A stretch of 32,000 bases of DNA from Comamonadaceae bacterium. Its GTDB lineage: Bacteria; Pseudomonadota; Gammaproteobacteria; Burkholderiales; Burkholderiaceae_C. Below the pieces are notes generated by a model. That model was not told the origin of the DNA. It saw only the letters and a list, made by a program, of their open reading frames with translations, and made no database searches. The position numbers were made by a program, and so were the translations under genes. Each line of letters begins with the position of its first letter. Position 1 is the stretch's first letter. This document shows positions 23,170 through 31,102 of this stretch, one piece after another. The stretch is from positions 1-32,000 of the forward strand of contig CANGPN010000010.1 in the NCBI GenBank assembly GCA_947456305.1, in the 5' to 3' direction.

Positions 23170-25056
23170 GTGGATCCAATCATCGCATTGCGAGGTGTGC
23201 AAACGGCATTGACGGCATTTGCATTCGGTGTGCTGTGGACTTCATCTTTCAAGGCCTTTGGCAAGTCAAAAAATCCTGCAACTCGCACCGCCATGGGTTT
23301 GGTTTTTTTGGCTTTAGTTTTGGCCTTGATTCGTTTGGTTTGTACCGCCTGGACTCTCCAAGGATTAAGCGGCGAAGAAAATACTTACCTACTGATTTCG
23401 CAAACCTATGTGGGCCAAATCATATGTGCACAAACCGCTTGCTTGCTATTGACGCTTGTATGCCTGTTGTTCATCACTTCCATCAAACCCGGTGTGTTTT
23501 TTTTATTCATCGCCATGCTGGGTTCTGCTTTGTCTGGTCATGTCGCTGCGGCGGCAGACCACTGGAGCCAGACAGTGGTGTCCGTCTTGCATGTGGTGTT
23601 TGCCCAGTTGTGGCTGGCAGGTCTGATCAGCCTAGGCTGGCAGGCTAAATCCAGTGAATCCACAAGCGACATTTGGCGCCTGCGCCTGGCGCGATTTTCA
23701 AAATGGGCGTTGCCCGCTATGTCGCTGATCTTGCTTTCTGGCATCCTTCTTTCCAGATGGACTGTGGCGAGCTGGCCGGGTTTGTTGGCAACGCCTTACG
23801 GATTGCTGCTGATGATTAAATTAATGATGGTTTCTGGCGTGTTGTTATGCGCCTTTCAATTGCGTCGTTGGCTCAGTACCCACCCGACTTCTAATGCAAT
23901 GGCTCGTACTTGGTTGACCAGTGAAATCAGCTTGGCCTTGGCTGTATTGTTCATGGCCGGTTGGTTGGCATCCACAGTACCTGCTGCCCATGAGACCATC
24001 TTCTGGCCTTTTACTTTCCGCTGGGCCGCTGTACTTGCATGGCAACAAGATCCTGTCAGCACCGGGCAACAACTGGCACTGGGGATGATGCTTGGCTTGA
24101 TTGGTCTTTCTTTATGGCTGATTTGGCGCCAAGCCTACCCGCGCCGCGCGAAATGGGCGCTGATCATTAGCGTATTGACCGCATCGGTGGTGACTCTGGC
24201 TGCCACCAGCATTCCCGCTTACCCCAGCACTTATATCCATTCACCAGCGCGACTGGATACTGCTTCCGTTTACGCAGGTCAGGTTTTGTATGAGCAGCAT
24301 TGTTTGGCATGCCATGGCCTACACGCTCGTGGGGATGGCCCTGTGGCCCGGTTAAACCAGTTGAAACCTGCCAACCTGACTGAACCTCATGTGAATTGGC
24401 ACACCCATGGCGATATGTTTTGGTGGCTCAGCCACGGCAAAGGGGATATGCCGGGATTTGCAGACGTACTGTCAATTGACGAGCGCTGGCATCTGATCAA
24501 CTGGTTGATTACGCTGTCAATGGGTTACGAAGCGCGCACGCTCACCCCTAAGCCCGCGCCGTTCAATCCTTGGCTGCCCAGTATTGATTTCCGCTTTCAA
24601 ATGGAGAACAACAGCTTCATCTCTTTGTCTGAGTGGCGCGGCTTGCATGCGGTACACCTGGTTATCGTCAATCAATCAGCGGAATTAAAAAGAGCACAGG
24701 AATTGTTAACCCAGATGAAAGGCTTTCCAGCCCAACTTGTCATCGTGGTTAAACCCGAATGGTCTCAAGTTCTTGACAAAGGATCTTGCGAAGCCATCAT
24801 CGTTGCCGATAAGAATGGCGATATTGCCAAGGCATGGTCACACTACCGTCGCAGCTTCGCTTCACCGGATTTTGAAAATCAAGATCAGCAGGTGGCCAGA
24901 ACAGAGTTTTTGATTGATCGTTTTGGGTTTGTGCGTGCCCGTTGGCGGTCCGATGAAATGCCAACCGCGGCACCTGTCGCTGAGCTCAAAGTTTTGTATG
25001 ACAGTTTGTCGCTTGAGGGCGAAATCAAATCGGCAGCCATACATCAACATGACTGA
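23170..25056 (+). CDS. copD: CopD-family membrane protein fused to a cytochrome c domain and a Cys-less thioredoxin-fold domain
   Basis: About 10 hydrophobic helices occupy aa 1-350. CLACHG is encoded at 24301-24318, with a later GDMPGF. The C-terminal domain is AhpC/TlpA-like (EFLIDRFGFVRARW), but QSAE replaces the CxxC position. The start is GTG. Confidence 0.8.
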   Translation: MDPIIALRGVQTALTAFAFGVLWTSSFKAFGKSKNPATRTAMGLVFLALVLALIRLVCTAWTLQGLSGEENTYLLISQTYVGQIICAQTACLLLTLVCLLFITSIKPGVFFLFIAMLGSALSGHVAAAADHWSQTVVSVLHVVFAQLWLAGLISLGWQAKSSESTSDIWRLRLARFSKWALPAMSLILLSGILLSRWTVASWPGLLATPYGLLLMIKLMMVSGVLLCAFQLRRWLSTHPTSNAMARTWLTSEISLALAVLFMAGWLASTVPAAHETIFWPFTFRWAAVLAWQQDPVSTGQQLALGMMLGLIGLSLWLIWRQAYPRRAKWALIISVLTASVVTLAATSIPAYPSTYIHSPARLDTASVYAGQVLYEQHCLACHGLHARGDGPVARLNQLKPANLTEPHVNWHTHGDMFWWLSHGKGDMPGFADVLSIDERWHLINWLITLSMGYEARTLTPKPAPFNPWLPSIDFRFQMENNSFISLSEWRGLHAVHLVIVNQSAELKRAQELLTQMKGFPAQLVIVVKPEWSQVLDKGSCEAIIVADKNGDIAKAWSHYRRSFASPDFENQDQQVARTEFLIDRFGFVRARWRSDEMPTAAPVAELKVLYDSLSLEGEIKSAAIHQHD

Positions 25057-25909
25057 ACCTGTGCATCAATCGCCTCCCAAAACCGATGTGCTGCAATGGG
25101 GCCAGCGGCTGATTACCGTTTTGCTGTTGGCCGGGCTATGTGTGGTGTTGGTGCAAATTTTGTTCAAGCCCGCATTACCACAGGCGGTGGCTGCGTTGAA
25201 AGATGTGCCCGGCAATTGTTCTTCCGGTTTGAGCGGCAAGCCGGGGCGGCATGCGGATTTGCATACACACAGCGGGCTTGGCTTTAGTGTGATTACGCCT
25301 TCGAATTACTCGGTTCAAAACAAATACGGCTTGGTGATGGTTTTTCCACCCGCAGGTTTTTCGGCGGAATCTGCTGAACGCTATTACCAATTGACTGCGA
25401 GAGCGAACGCACAGGGTTATGTGGTGGTTTACAGCGCTGCGATTGCACTGTCAACTCGTGCGCTGCGTATGCAGCACGAAGTTGTTCCGCAAGTCATGGC
25501 GACTTGGTGTATCGATCCTTCAAGAATAGTATTTGCCGGGCACTCGGACGGCGGCAGCGTGACCGCGGGATTGACGGTCAGAGAAACTGACCACAGTTTG
25601 CAGCCGACCCACGTGGTCATCAGCGCCGCAGGCATCACTGCAGAAGATTTGGCACAGGAAAAGTGTCCAGCTCCGTTGAATGTCACTCTATTGCACAACC
25701 CCGATGATGAATTGTTTCCAGCTTACGGTCAGGGTGCAGCTAAGTGGTGGGGACAATGCATGCAATGCAAAGCTGAAGTGATTACCGAGGCTTCGGGATG
25801 TCTGGTCAGGCAATGCGCCGGGCAAAAGCTGTTGAGGTATTGTGCGACTTCCGAGCCGCATACAAAATGGCCATCGGTGACGGCGCATATGTTTGAGTGG
25901 CTTGATTAA
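25049..25909 (+). CDS. membrane-anchored alpha/beta hydrolase (PHB-depolymerase/LpqC-family esterase-like)
   Basis: TM anchor LITVLLLAGLCVVLVQILF and nucleophile elbow IDPSRIVFAGHSDGGSV. ATG 25049 overlaps the CopD-fusion stop by 8 nt. Confidence 0.7.
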   Translation: MTEPVHQSPPKTDVLQWGQRLITVLLLAGLCVVLVQILFKPALPQAVAALKDVPGNCSSGLSGKPGRHADLHTHSGLGFSVITPSNYSVQNKYGLVMVFPPAGFSAESAERYYQLTARANAQGYVVVYSAAIALSTRALRMQHEVVPQVMATWCIDPSRIVFAGHSDGGSVTAGLTVRETDHSLQPTHVVISAAGITAEDLAQEKCPAPLNVTLLHNPDDELFPAYGQGAAKWWGQCMQCKAEVITEASGCLVRQCAGQKLLRYCATSEPHTKWPSVTAHMFEWLD

Positions 25910-25936
25910 GACAGAACGGGAAGGGGCGTTGGTAGA

Positions 25937-26917
25937 TTAAGTGAGAGGTGTTGCAGTGCTGAATCCATCAGCTACACGCATGACTCTGCGTTTGGCCTGA
26001 GCGGCAACCCCGTCTTCATCCAGCGTTGCCTGCACGGGTAAACCTGCCAGCCGCAGAGCGTGTCTGACCAGCTGCCTCTCTGGTTCTGAAGCGACCGGTC
26101 GACCCAGCATATGCAAAGCCCATTCGGGCAGGGTGTGGAAGGCGGCTTTGATCACCAGATGCATGAACGGTTTGTCCCAGAGGTCGACAGGGTAGTTTTC
26201 AATCACCTGTACGATGTCACGGGTACGCTGATTGCAAACCAGATCTCCACGGTATGCCTGCAAGGCTTCATTGCACGCACTGACTGTTAACGGTAAATCA
26301 ACCGCTCCCAGCTTGTGTCCTATCAATGCCATTTCATTCACATAGTTGTCGGCTTGTGCGGGGGATAAAGTTTGCATAGACAAATGCTGGTAACCCTGCA
26401 AAAAGCTGCTCACTTCACCCAGGTGCACCCAGCGAAGTAATGCAGGCTCGTTGGCAGCGTAAGTCGAACCGTCCGGCATGTATCCTTTGACGTTGGCGTG
26501 TATGCGGTTAACACGTTCTATGGCTAGCAATGCATCTTCGCGTCCGCCATAGGTGGTAATCGCCACAAAGTAAGCCGTGCGGCCCAACCGGCCCTTAAGG
26601 TTTTGACGGAAATTGGAATGGTCCCAGACGGCTGCCAGCGCGCGCGGATGCAAGGCTTGAAGCAGCAATGACGATAAACCGCCGACCAGCATGCCGACGA
26701 AATGCGCGTGCACCCGCCAGGTCATGGCGAGCGGACCGAACAAGCCGGGATCGCCGGCAGGACGAGTAAATGCGTCAGGAGAACCTGTAGACCCGGTCAA
26801 TTGCTTGATGCGACCGCCAATCCATTGCCGAAGTACCAGTGGAGGTGGCGGTAATTGCCCGGCCTGCAGTCGGTTGCACAGTGCTGTTGGAGATTTGTGC
26901 AGCACGTGGGGATTCAT
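25937..26917 (-). CDS. MpaB/DUF2236-family oxygenase-like protein
   Basis: MTWRVHAHFVGMLVGGLSSLLLQALHPRALAAVWDHSNF...RLGRTAYFV...RVNRIHANVKG matches the DUF2236/MpaB pattern as I remember it. It starts 3 nt after the channel gene's stop. Confidence 0.65.
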   Translation of the reverse strand: MNPHVLHKSPTALCNRLQAGQLPPPPLVLRQWIGGRIKQLTGSTGSPDAFTRPAGDPGLFGPLAMTWRVHAHFVGMLVGGLSSLLLQALHPRALAAVWDHSNFRQNLKGRLGRTAYFVAITTYGGREDALLAIERVNRIHANVKGYMPDGSTYAANEPALLRWVHLGEVSSFLQGYQHLSMQTLSPAQADNYVNEMALIGHKLGAVDLPLTVSACNEALQAYRGDLVCNQRTRDIVQVIENYPVDLWDKPFMHLVIKAAFHTLPEWALHMLGRPVASEPERQLVRHALRLAGLPVQATLDEDGVAAQAKRRVMRVADGFSTATPLT

Positions 26918-26920
26918 GTC

Positions 26921-27745
26921 TTAGCGTTTCTCCAAAAGCTTTTTGACCTCGGCCAATTCGGCCATCACTTCTCTGAGTTCGGTATGTATGGAGTCAAATT
27001 TGGCGCGGTCTTTCTCGTCTTGCTCTTTGTCAGCCGTGATCGAGTCCACGATCACCGCGATGAACAAATTGAAGATGATGAAAGTGGCAATCAGAATAAA
27101 AAAGACGAAAAACACCCAAGCGTAAGGAAATACTTCCATGACCGGGCGGGCAATTTCCTGTGACCATCCTTCCAGGGTCATCACCTGGAACAAGGTGTAT
27201 GCGCTCAGCCCCATATTGCCGAACCAATCGGGGAATTCGTTGTGAAACAGATTGGTGGCGATCACAGCTGCCACATAAAAAATAATAATGATCAGACCGA
27301 AAACCGAGCCCAGGCCGGGCAGTGAGCTTAGCAAGCCGCTGACCACTTTGCGCATGCTGTCAACTTTGTTGATCAAACGCAGCACCCGCAATACCCGCAA
27401 GGCGCGCAGCACCGACAACGAGCCTGAGGCTGGTATCAAGGCTATACCGACAACGATGAAGTCAAACACGCACCAGGGGTCTGAAAAGTAGGCCAGCTTG
27501 CGGGCGGCAATCAACACCACAATTTCAGTCATGAAAATGGCCAAAATGCCGTGATCCAGCCAGTGCAGCACCTCACCCCAGTCTTGCATCAGTTCGGAAC
27601 TGGTTTCCAAGCCCAGGATCGCGGCGTTGAGGACAATCAAAAAAACCAGACCGTGCTGTATCCAGTCATGTGCCATAAAGGTTTCAATCCGGTGCTGCCA
27701 AGTGCCCGGCTCGGAGTGAATGTGTATTGTTGTCATAGGTACCAC
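26921..27745 (-). CDS. voltage-gated ion channel of the bacterial NaV/CaV (BacNaV) family
   Basis: Six hydrophobic segments. S4 is SVLRALRVLRVLRLINKV, with Arg at every third position. The pore is FQVMTLEGWSQ, with the filter encoded at 27158-27178. The tail ELREVMAELAEVKKLLEKR is coiled-coil-like. Confidence 0.85.
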   Translation of the reverse strand: MVPMTTIHIHSEPGTWQHRIETFMAHDWIQHGLVFLIVLNAAILGLETSSELMQDWGEVLHWLDHGILAIFMTEIVVLIAARKLAYFSDPWCVFDFIVVGIALIPASGSLSVLRALRVLRVLRLINKVDSMRKVVSGLLSSLPGLGSVFGLIIIIFYVAAVIATNLFHNEFPDWFGNMGLSAYTLFQVMTLEGWSQEIARPVMEVFPYAWVFFVFFILIATFIIFNLFIAVIVDSITADKEQDEKDRAKFDSIHTELREVMAELAEVKKLLEKR

Positions 27746-27790
27746 TTAGGAAAAAAACAGCGGTTACTCTATCTCAATACAAAATCGTGT

Positions 27791-28315
27791 TCAAAGTGAC
27801 ATGCTGGCAGCGAGGTTAAACACAGAATTGGGTCCAGAGGGCAATTTGTGGATTTGCAGCGGTTTGAACTTGCGAGGCTCAATCTGATTCACAGGTTTGG
27901 GCATAGAAGCTCCCCAGGTATCTTCTGAGACCATATCCATAATGTCTGCAAAACTCATATGTTGCAGGCTTTGTGACAAATGGTCTTGCATCAGCCAATT
28001 GACCAAGTCCTTGTCTATGAAGCAAAGGGATACAGCCTCGGTTGAAGATTTACTGGGTTGATTGAAATCCAGTGCCTGAACCAGGTTGATAAGTTTCAAA
28101 TCCTCGGGTTTGCCATTGGTGCAATAGCCGCCGCCCGGACCCCGGTAAGAAATCAAAAAACCGAGTTTTTTCAATCGGGATAAAAGCGATTCCAGGTAAG
28201 AAATCGACAGCCCTAGGCGTTTACTGATCGAGTCAGTGGTTACTGGACCATGTACTTGGTTTTTGCATACCCATAACAAGGTGTCCACGGCGTTGCGGGT
28301 CAGACTGGAAAACAT
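27791..28315 (-). CDS. Rrf2-family transcriptional regulator
   Basis: MFSSLTRNAVDTLLWV...GPVTTDSISKRLGLSISYLESLLSRLKKLGFLISYRGPGGGY is a typical Rrf2 winged helix. ATG 28315 is preceded by AGGAG. The ORF-track start 28402 is rejected. Confidence 0.8.
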   Translation of the reverse strand: MFSSLTRNAVDTLLWVCKNQVHGPVTTDSISKRLGLSISYLESLLSRLKKLGFLISYRGPGGGYCTNGKPEDLKLINLVQALDFNQPSKSSTEAVSLCFIDKDLVNWLMQDHLSQSLQHMSFADIMDMVSEDTWGASMPKPVNQIEPRKFKPLQIHKLPSGPNSVFNLAASMSL

Positions 28316-28366
28316 ATTTATCTCCTGTTCAAATACTCCGGGGGATGGCAAAGCTGACTGACTTAA

Positions 28367-28397
28367 ATATTCACATCCGGAATGTAGATGTGAATAT
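28367..28397. promoter_or_regulatory. perfect 11-bp inverted repeat with a 9-nt spacer in the divergent Rrf2/MerR intergenic region (candidate operator)
   Basis: ATATTCACATC (28367-28377) and GATGTGAATAT (28387-28397) are exact reverse complements. Confidence 0.45.
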
Positions 28398-28476
28398 GAC
28401 AAATCTTTGTTTGTTTAGGTTTTATTCAGGTATTTTTTGTGAAATAATTGGTCAAAAGCTATTCAAAGAGAGATTT

Positions 28477-29490
28477 ATGCAAATCAATGAAGCAGATGCA
28501 GACGTGCTGACTGGGATTTACCGGATTGGCGCCGTGGCCAATCTGTCCGGCGTTCCAGTGGCCACCCTGAGAGTCTGGGAGCGGCGCTACGGTCTGGTGG
28601 CACCGCCCAAGACTGGCGGCGGCCAGCGCCTCTACAGCAAACAAGACGTGCGAAAACTCACCATGCTCAAAACCCTGACCCAACAAGGCCACGGCATTAG
28701 CAGTTTGAGCGTACTTTCCCTCGACGAATTACAAGCCATGCTGAACCAGCACCGAGCTGCCCACTCCAGCCGCGGGCATGCCAGCGGCGAGCCGGTTGAA
28801 ATACGCTTGGCTGTCGTGGGTTATTCAATAGCAAGCCGGTTGGAGACCCAGCGTTTCATGCAGGGTTTAGGACAGGCCACGCTCAAGCTCAGCCAGGTAT
28901 TCCATCAGTTGCAAGACGCTTTGCAAGCTGAGGTGACAGACGCTCCGCAAGTCTTGCTGGTGCAAATGGGCTCGGTGCAAATCGGTGCGGCCCAAGATTT
29001 GGTGCGTTTGCGCAAGCAATGGGGAGTGCGTCGCTGTATTTTGATTTACCACTTCGCAACCGTGGCGGTTCTGCAGTATTTACATTCCGCCGGTGTGGTG
29101 GCGCGTCGCGAGCCGGTGACGGATGAGGAATTGACAGACATTATTCAGTCTGTAGCCTATGTGGATAGCAGTTTGCTGCTTCCCGACCCGGGCATGCAAG
29201 CGACGATTGCGCCCCGTAAATACAGCGACGCGGTATTGAGGCGCATGGCTGAAATATCCACCAATGTATTGTGCGAATGTCCCAGACATGTCGCAGACCT
29301 GATCAGTATGCTCAACAGCTTTGAAGCTTATAGCCAGGACTGCTTGAGCAACTCCACCCAAGACGCGCGTCTGCATGCCTACTTAACAGCGGTTTCTGGC
29401 TCTGCAAGAGCTATGTTTGAGCAAGCACTGGAGCGAATTGCGGCCCACGAAAACATAGATTTGAAAGAAGTCATCCGGCCGCCAGACTGA
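28477..29490 (+). CDS. MerR-family transcriptional regulator with a ~250-aa C-terminal domain of unknown function
   Basis: YRIGAVANLSGVPVATLRVWERRYGLVAPPKTGGGQRLYSKQDVRKL is a MerR helix-turn-helix. The C-terminal part alternates beta and alpha elements (IRLAVVGYS, VLLVQMG, CILIYHF) and ends with a Cys/His-containing segment ECPRHV. The start is ATG 28477. Confidence 0.75.
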   Translation: MQINEADADVLTGIYRIGAVANLSGVPVATLRVWERRYGLVAPPKTGGGQRLYSKQDVRKLTMLKTLTQQGHGISSLSVLSLDELQAMLNQHRAAHSSRGHASGEPVEIRLAVVGYSIASRLETQRFMQGLGQATLKLSQVFHQLQDALQAEVTDAPQVLLVQMGSVQIGAAQDLVRLRKQWGVRRCILIYHFATVAVLQYLHSAGVVARREPVTDEELTDIIQSVAYVDSSLLLPDPGMQATIAPRKYSDAVLRRMAEISTNVLCECPRHVADLISMLNSFEAYSQDCLSNSTQDARLHAYLTAVSGSARAMFEQALERIAAHENIDLKEVIRPPD

Positions 29491-29497
29491 ACCCAAT

Positions 29498-29914
29498 TTA
29501 CTTGGCACTGCCTGCGATAGGCAAGACGCTTCCTACGGCCAGCGACAGCGTGGCATCCATAGCGATTTGGCCGTTGACCTCTTGTTGAGATTTGGCGTGG
29601 CCGCCGCAATTGGCGGCAATGTCATTGGCCTTCATTTGGTCAGCGGTATTCACCCCAACACTGGTGAAGAACATCGGCACAATGGCTGCAGGGCCCAGAA
29701 AGAGTACAGCTGAAGGTCCAGCCCAAAGTTTTGCGTTTTGGGTTTCTTCATGTATCCAGGCGTTTCTTCTGGCGTTTTGGCAAGCCGCGCTGGCATATTC
29801 CGGGCTTTCGTTGTCCAGGCTGCCTATGGTTTGAGCAGATTGGCTGGCACAACCCCACAACACACAAGTCAGAATACACAGCAATGGACAACGCACATAC
29901 AGCATTGGAAACAA
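29498..29914 (-). CDS. putative lipoprotein, unknown function
   Basis: Lipobox-like LTCVLWGCAS. One internal hydrophobic stretch, GPSAVLFLGPAAIVPMFF. Confidence 0.5.
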   Translation of the reverse strand: MFPMLYVRCPLLCILTCVLWGCASQSAQTIGSLDNESPEYASAACQNARRNAWIHEETQNAKLWAGPSAVLFLGPAAIVPMFFTSVGVNTADQMKANDIAANCGGHAKSQQEVNGQIAMDATLSLAVGSVLPIAGSAK

Positions 29915-30010
29915 TAATTGGATTAGCTTAGACGCATATATTATGCATGGATTTAAAGAAATAAGCTATGTTTGACATAGACTTAAGAACGTTTTTGAAA
30001 GTAGAGAAGT

Positions 30011-31093
30011 ATGTCCCGTGTGATCAATTTCAGTTCCGGCCCGGCCGCATTACCAGTTAACGTGTTGCAGCGTGCAGCAGCCGATATGCTGGATTGGCGC
30101 GGCAGCGGCATGTCTGTCATGGAAATGAGCCACCGGGGCCCTGAGTTCACAGACATCTTGGCCGAAACGCAGTCGCTGATCCGCAGCTTGTTAGGAGTGC
30201 CCGAAAACTACGTGGTCTTGCTGTTGCAAGGCGGGGCGATTGCAGAAAACGCCATCGTGCCTATGAATCTGATCGGTAAGACGGGTCAAGCCGACTACGT
30301 GGTCAACGGGGTGTGGTCGGAAAAATCCATGAAAGAAGCGGTCAAGTACGGGCAAGTGAATCTGGCCGCCAGCAGCAAGGACAGCGGTTTTCTGTCCATG
30401 CCCAAACAGTCTTCATGGAAGTTGTCCGAGCAAGCGGCTTATGTGCACATGTGCAGCAACGAAACCATAGGCGGCGTGGAATGCCATTGGACCCCTGACA
30501 CTGGTGACGTACCGCTGGTCGCAGACATGTCGTCTAACATCATGTCGGGGCCGCTCGATGTCAGCCGTTACGGCTTGATTTACGCAGGTGCACAAAAAAA
30601 CATGGGGCCTTCCGGCGTGACGCTGGTAATCGCGCGGCGTGATTTGTTAGGACATGCATTGCCCGTCACGCCTTCGGCTTTCAATTACCAGATTCAGGCC
30701 GATAACGAGTCCATGTACAACACGCCGCCCACCTATGCCATTTACATCATGGGCTTGGTGTTACAGCACATAAAAGAACAAGGCGGTTTGCCCGCCATGC
30801 ACACACATAACCAACGCAAAGCAGATCTGCTGTATGAGTTTTTAGACCACAGCGCCATGTTCAGCAACCGCGTGGCCCGCGAAGACCGCTCGCGCATGAA
30901 CGTGACTTTCTTTTTGAAAGACGAATCATTGAACGCAGCGTTTTTACAAGGCGCAGAAAAAGAAGGCATGGTGCAGCTGCGAGGCCACCGCTCGGCCGGC
31001 GGCATGCGGGCTTCCATTTACAACGCCATGTCGCTTGAAAGCGTTCAGCGCTTGCGCGACTACATGCACCGCTTCGAAAAAGAAAACGGCTGA
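30011..31093 (+). CDS. serC: 3-phosphoserine/phosphohydroxythreonine aminotransferase
   Basis: The full-length 360-aa protein begins NFSSGPAALP...MEMSHRG.EF and contains AGAQKN(M)GPSG with the PLP lysine. This is unmistakably SerC-like. Confidence 0.93.
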   Translation: MSRVINFSSGPAALPVNVLQRAAADMLDWRGSGMSVMEMSHRGPEFTDILAETQSLIRSLLGVPENYVVLLLQGGAIAENAIVPMNLIGKTGQADYVVNGVWSEKSMKEAVKYGQVNLAASSKDSGFLSMPKQSSWKLSEQAAYVHMCSNETIGGVECHWTPDTGDVPLVADMSSNIMSGPLDVSRYGLIYAGAQKNMGPSGVTLVIARRDLLGHALPVTPSAFNYQIQADNESMYNTPPTYAIYIMGLVLQHIKEQGGLPAMHTHNQRKADLLYEFLDHSAMFSNRVAREDRSRMNVTFFLKDESLNAAFLQGAEKEGMVQLRGHRSAGGMRASIYNAMSLESVQRLRDYMHRFEKENG

Positions 31094-31102
31094 TCAGCCC
31101 GT

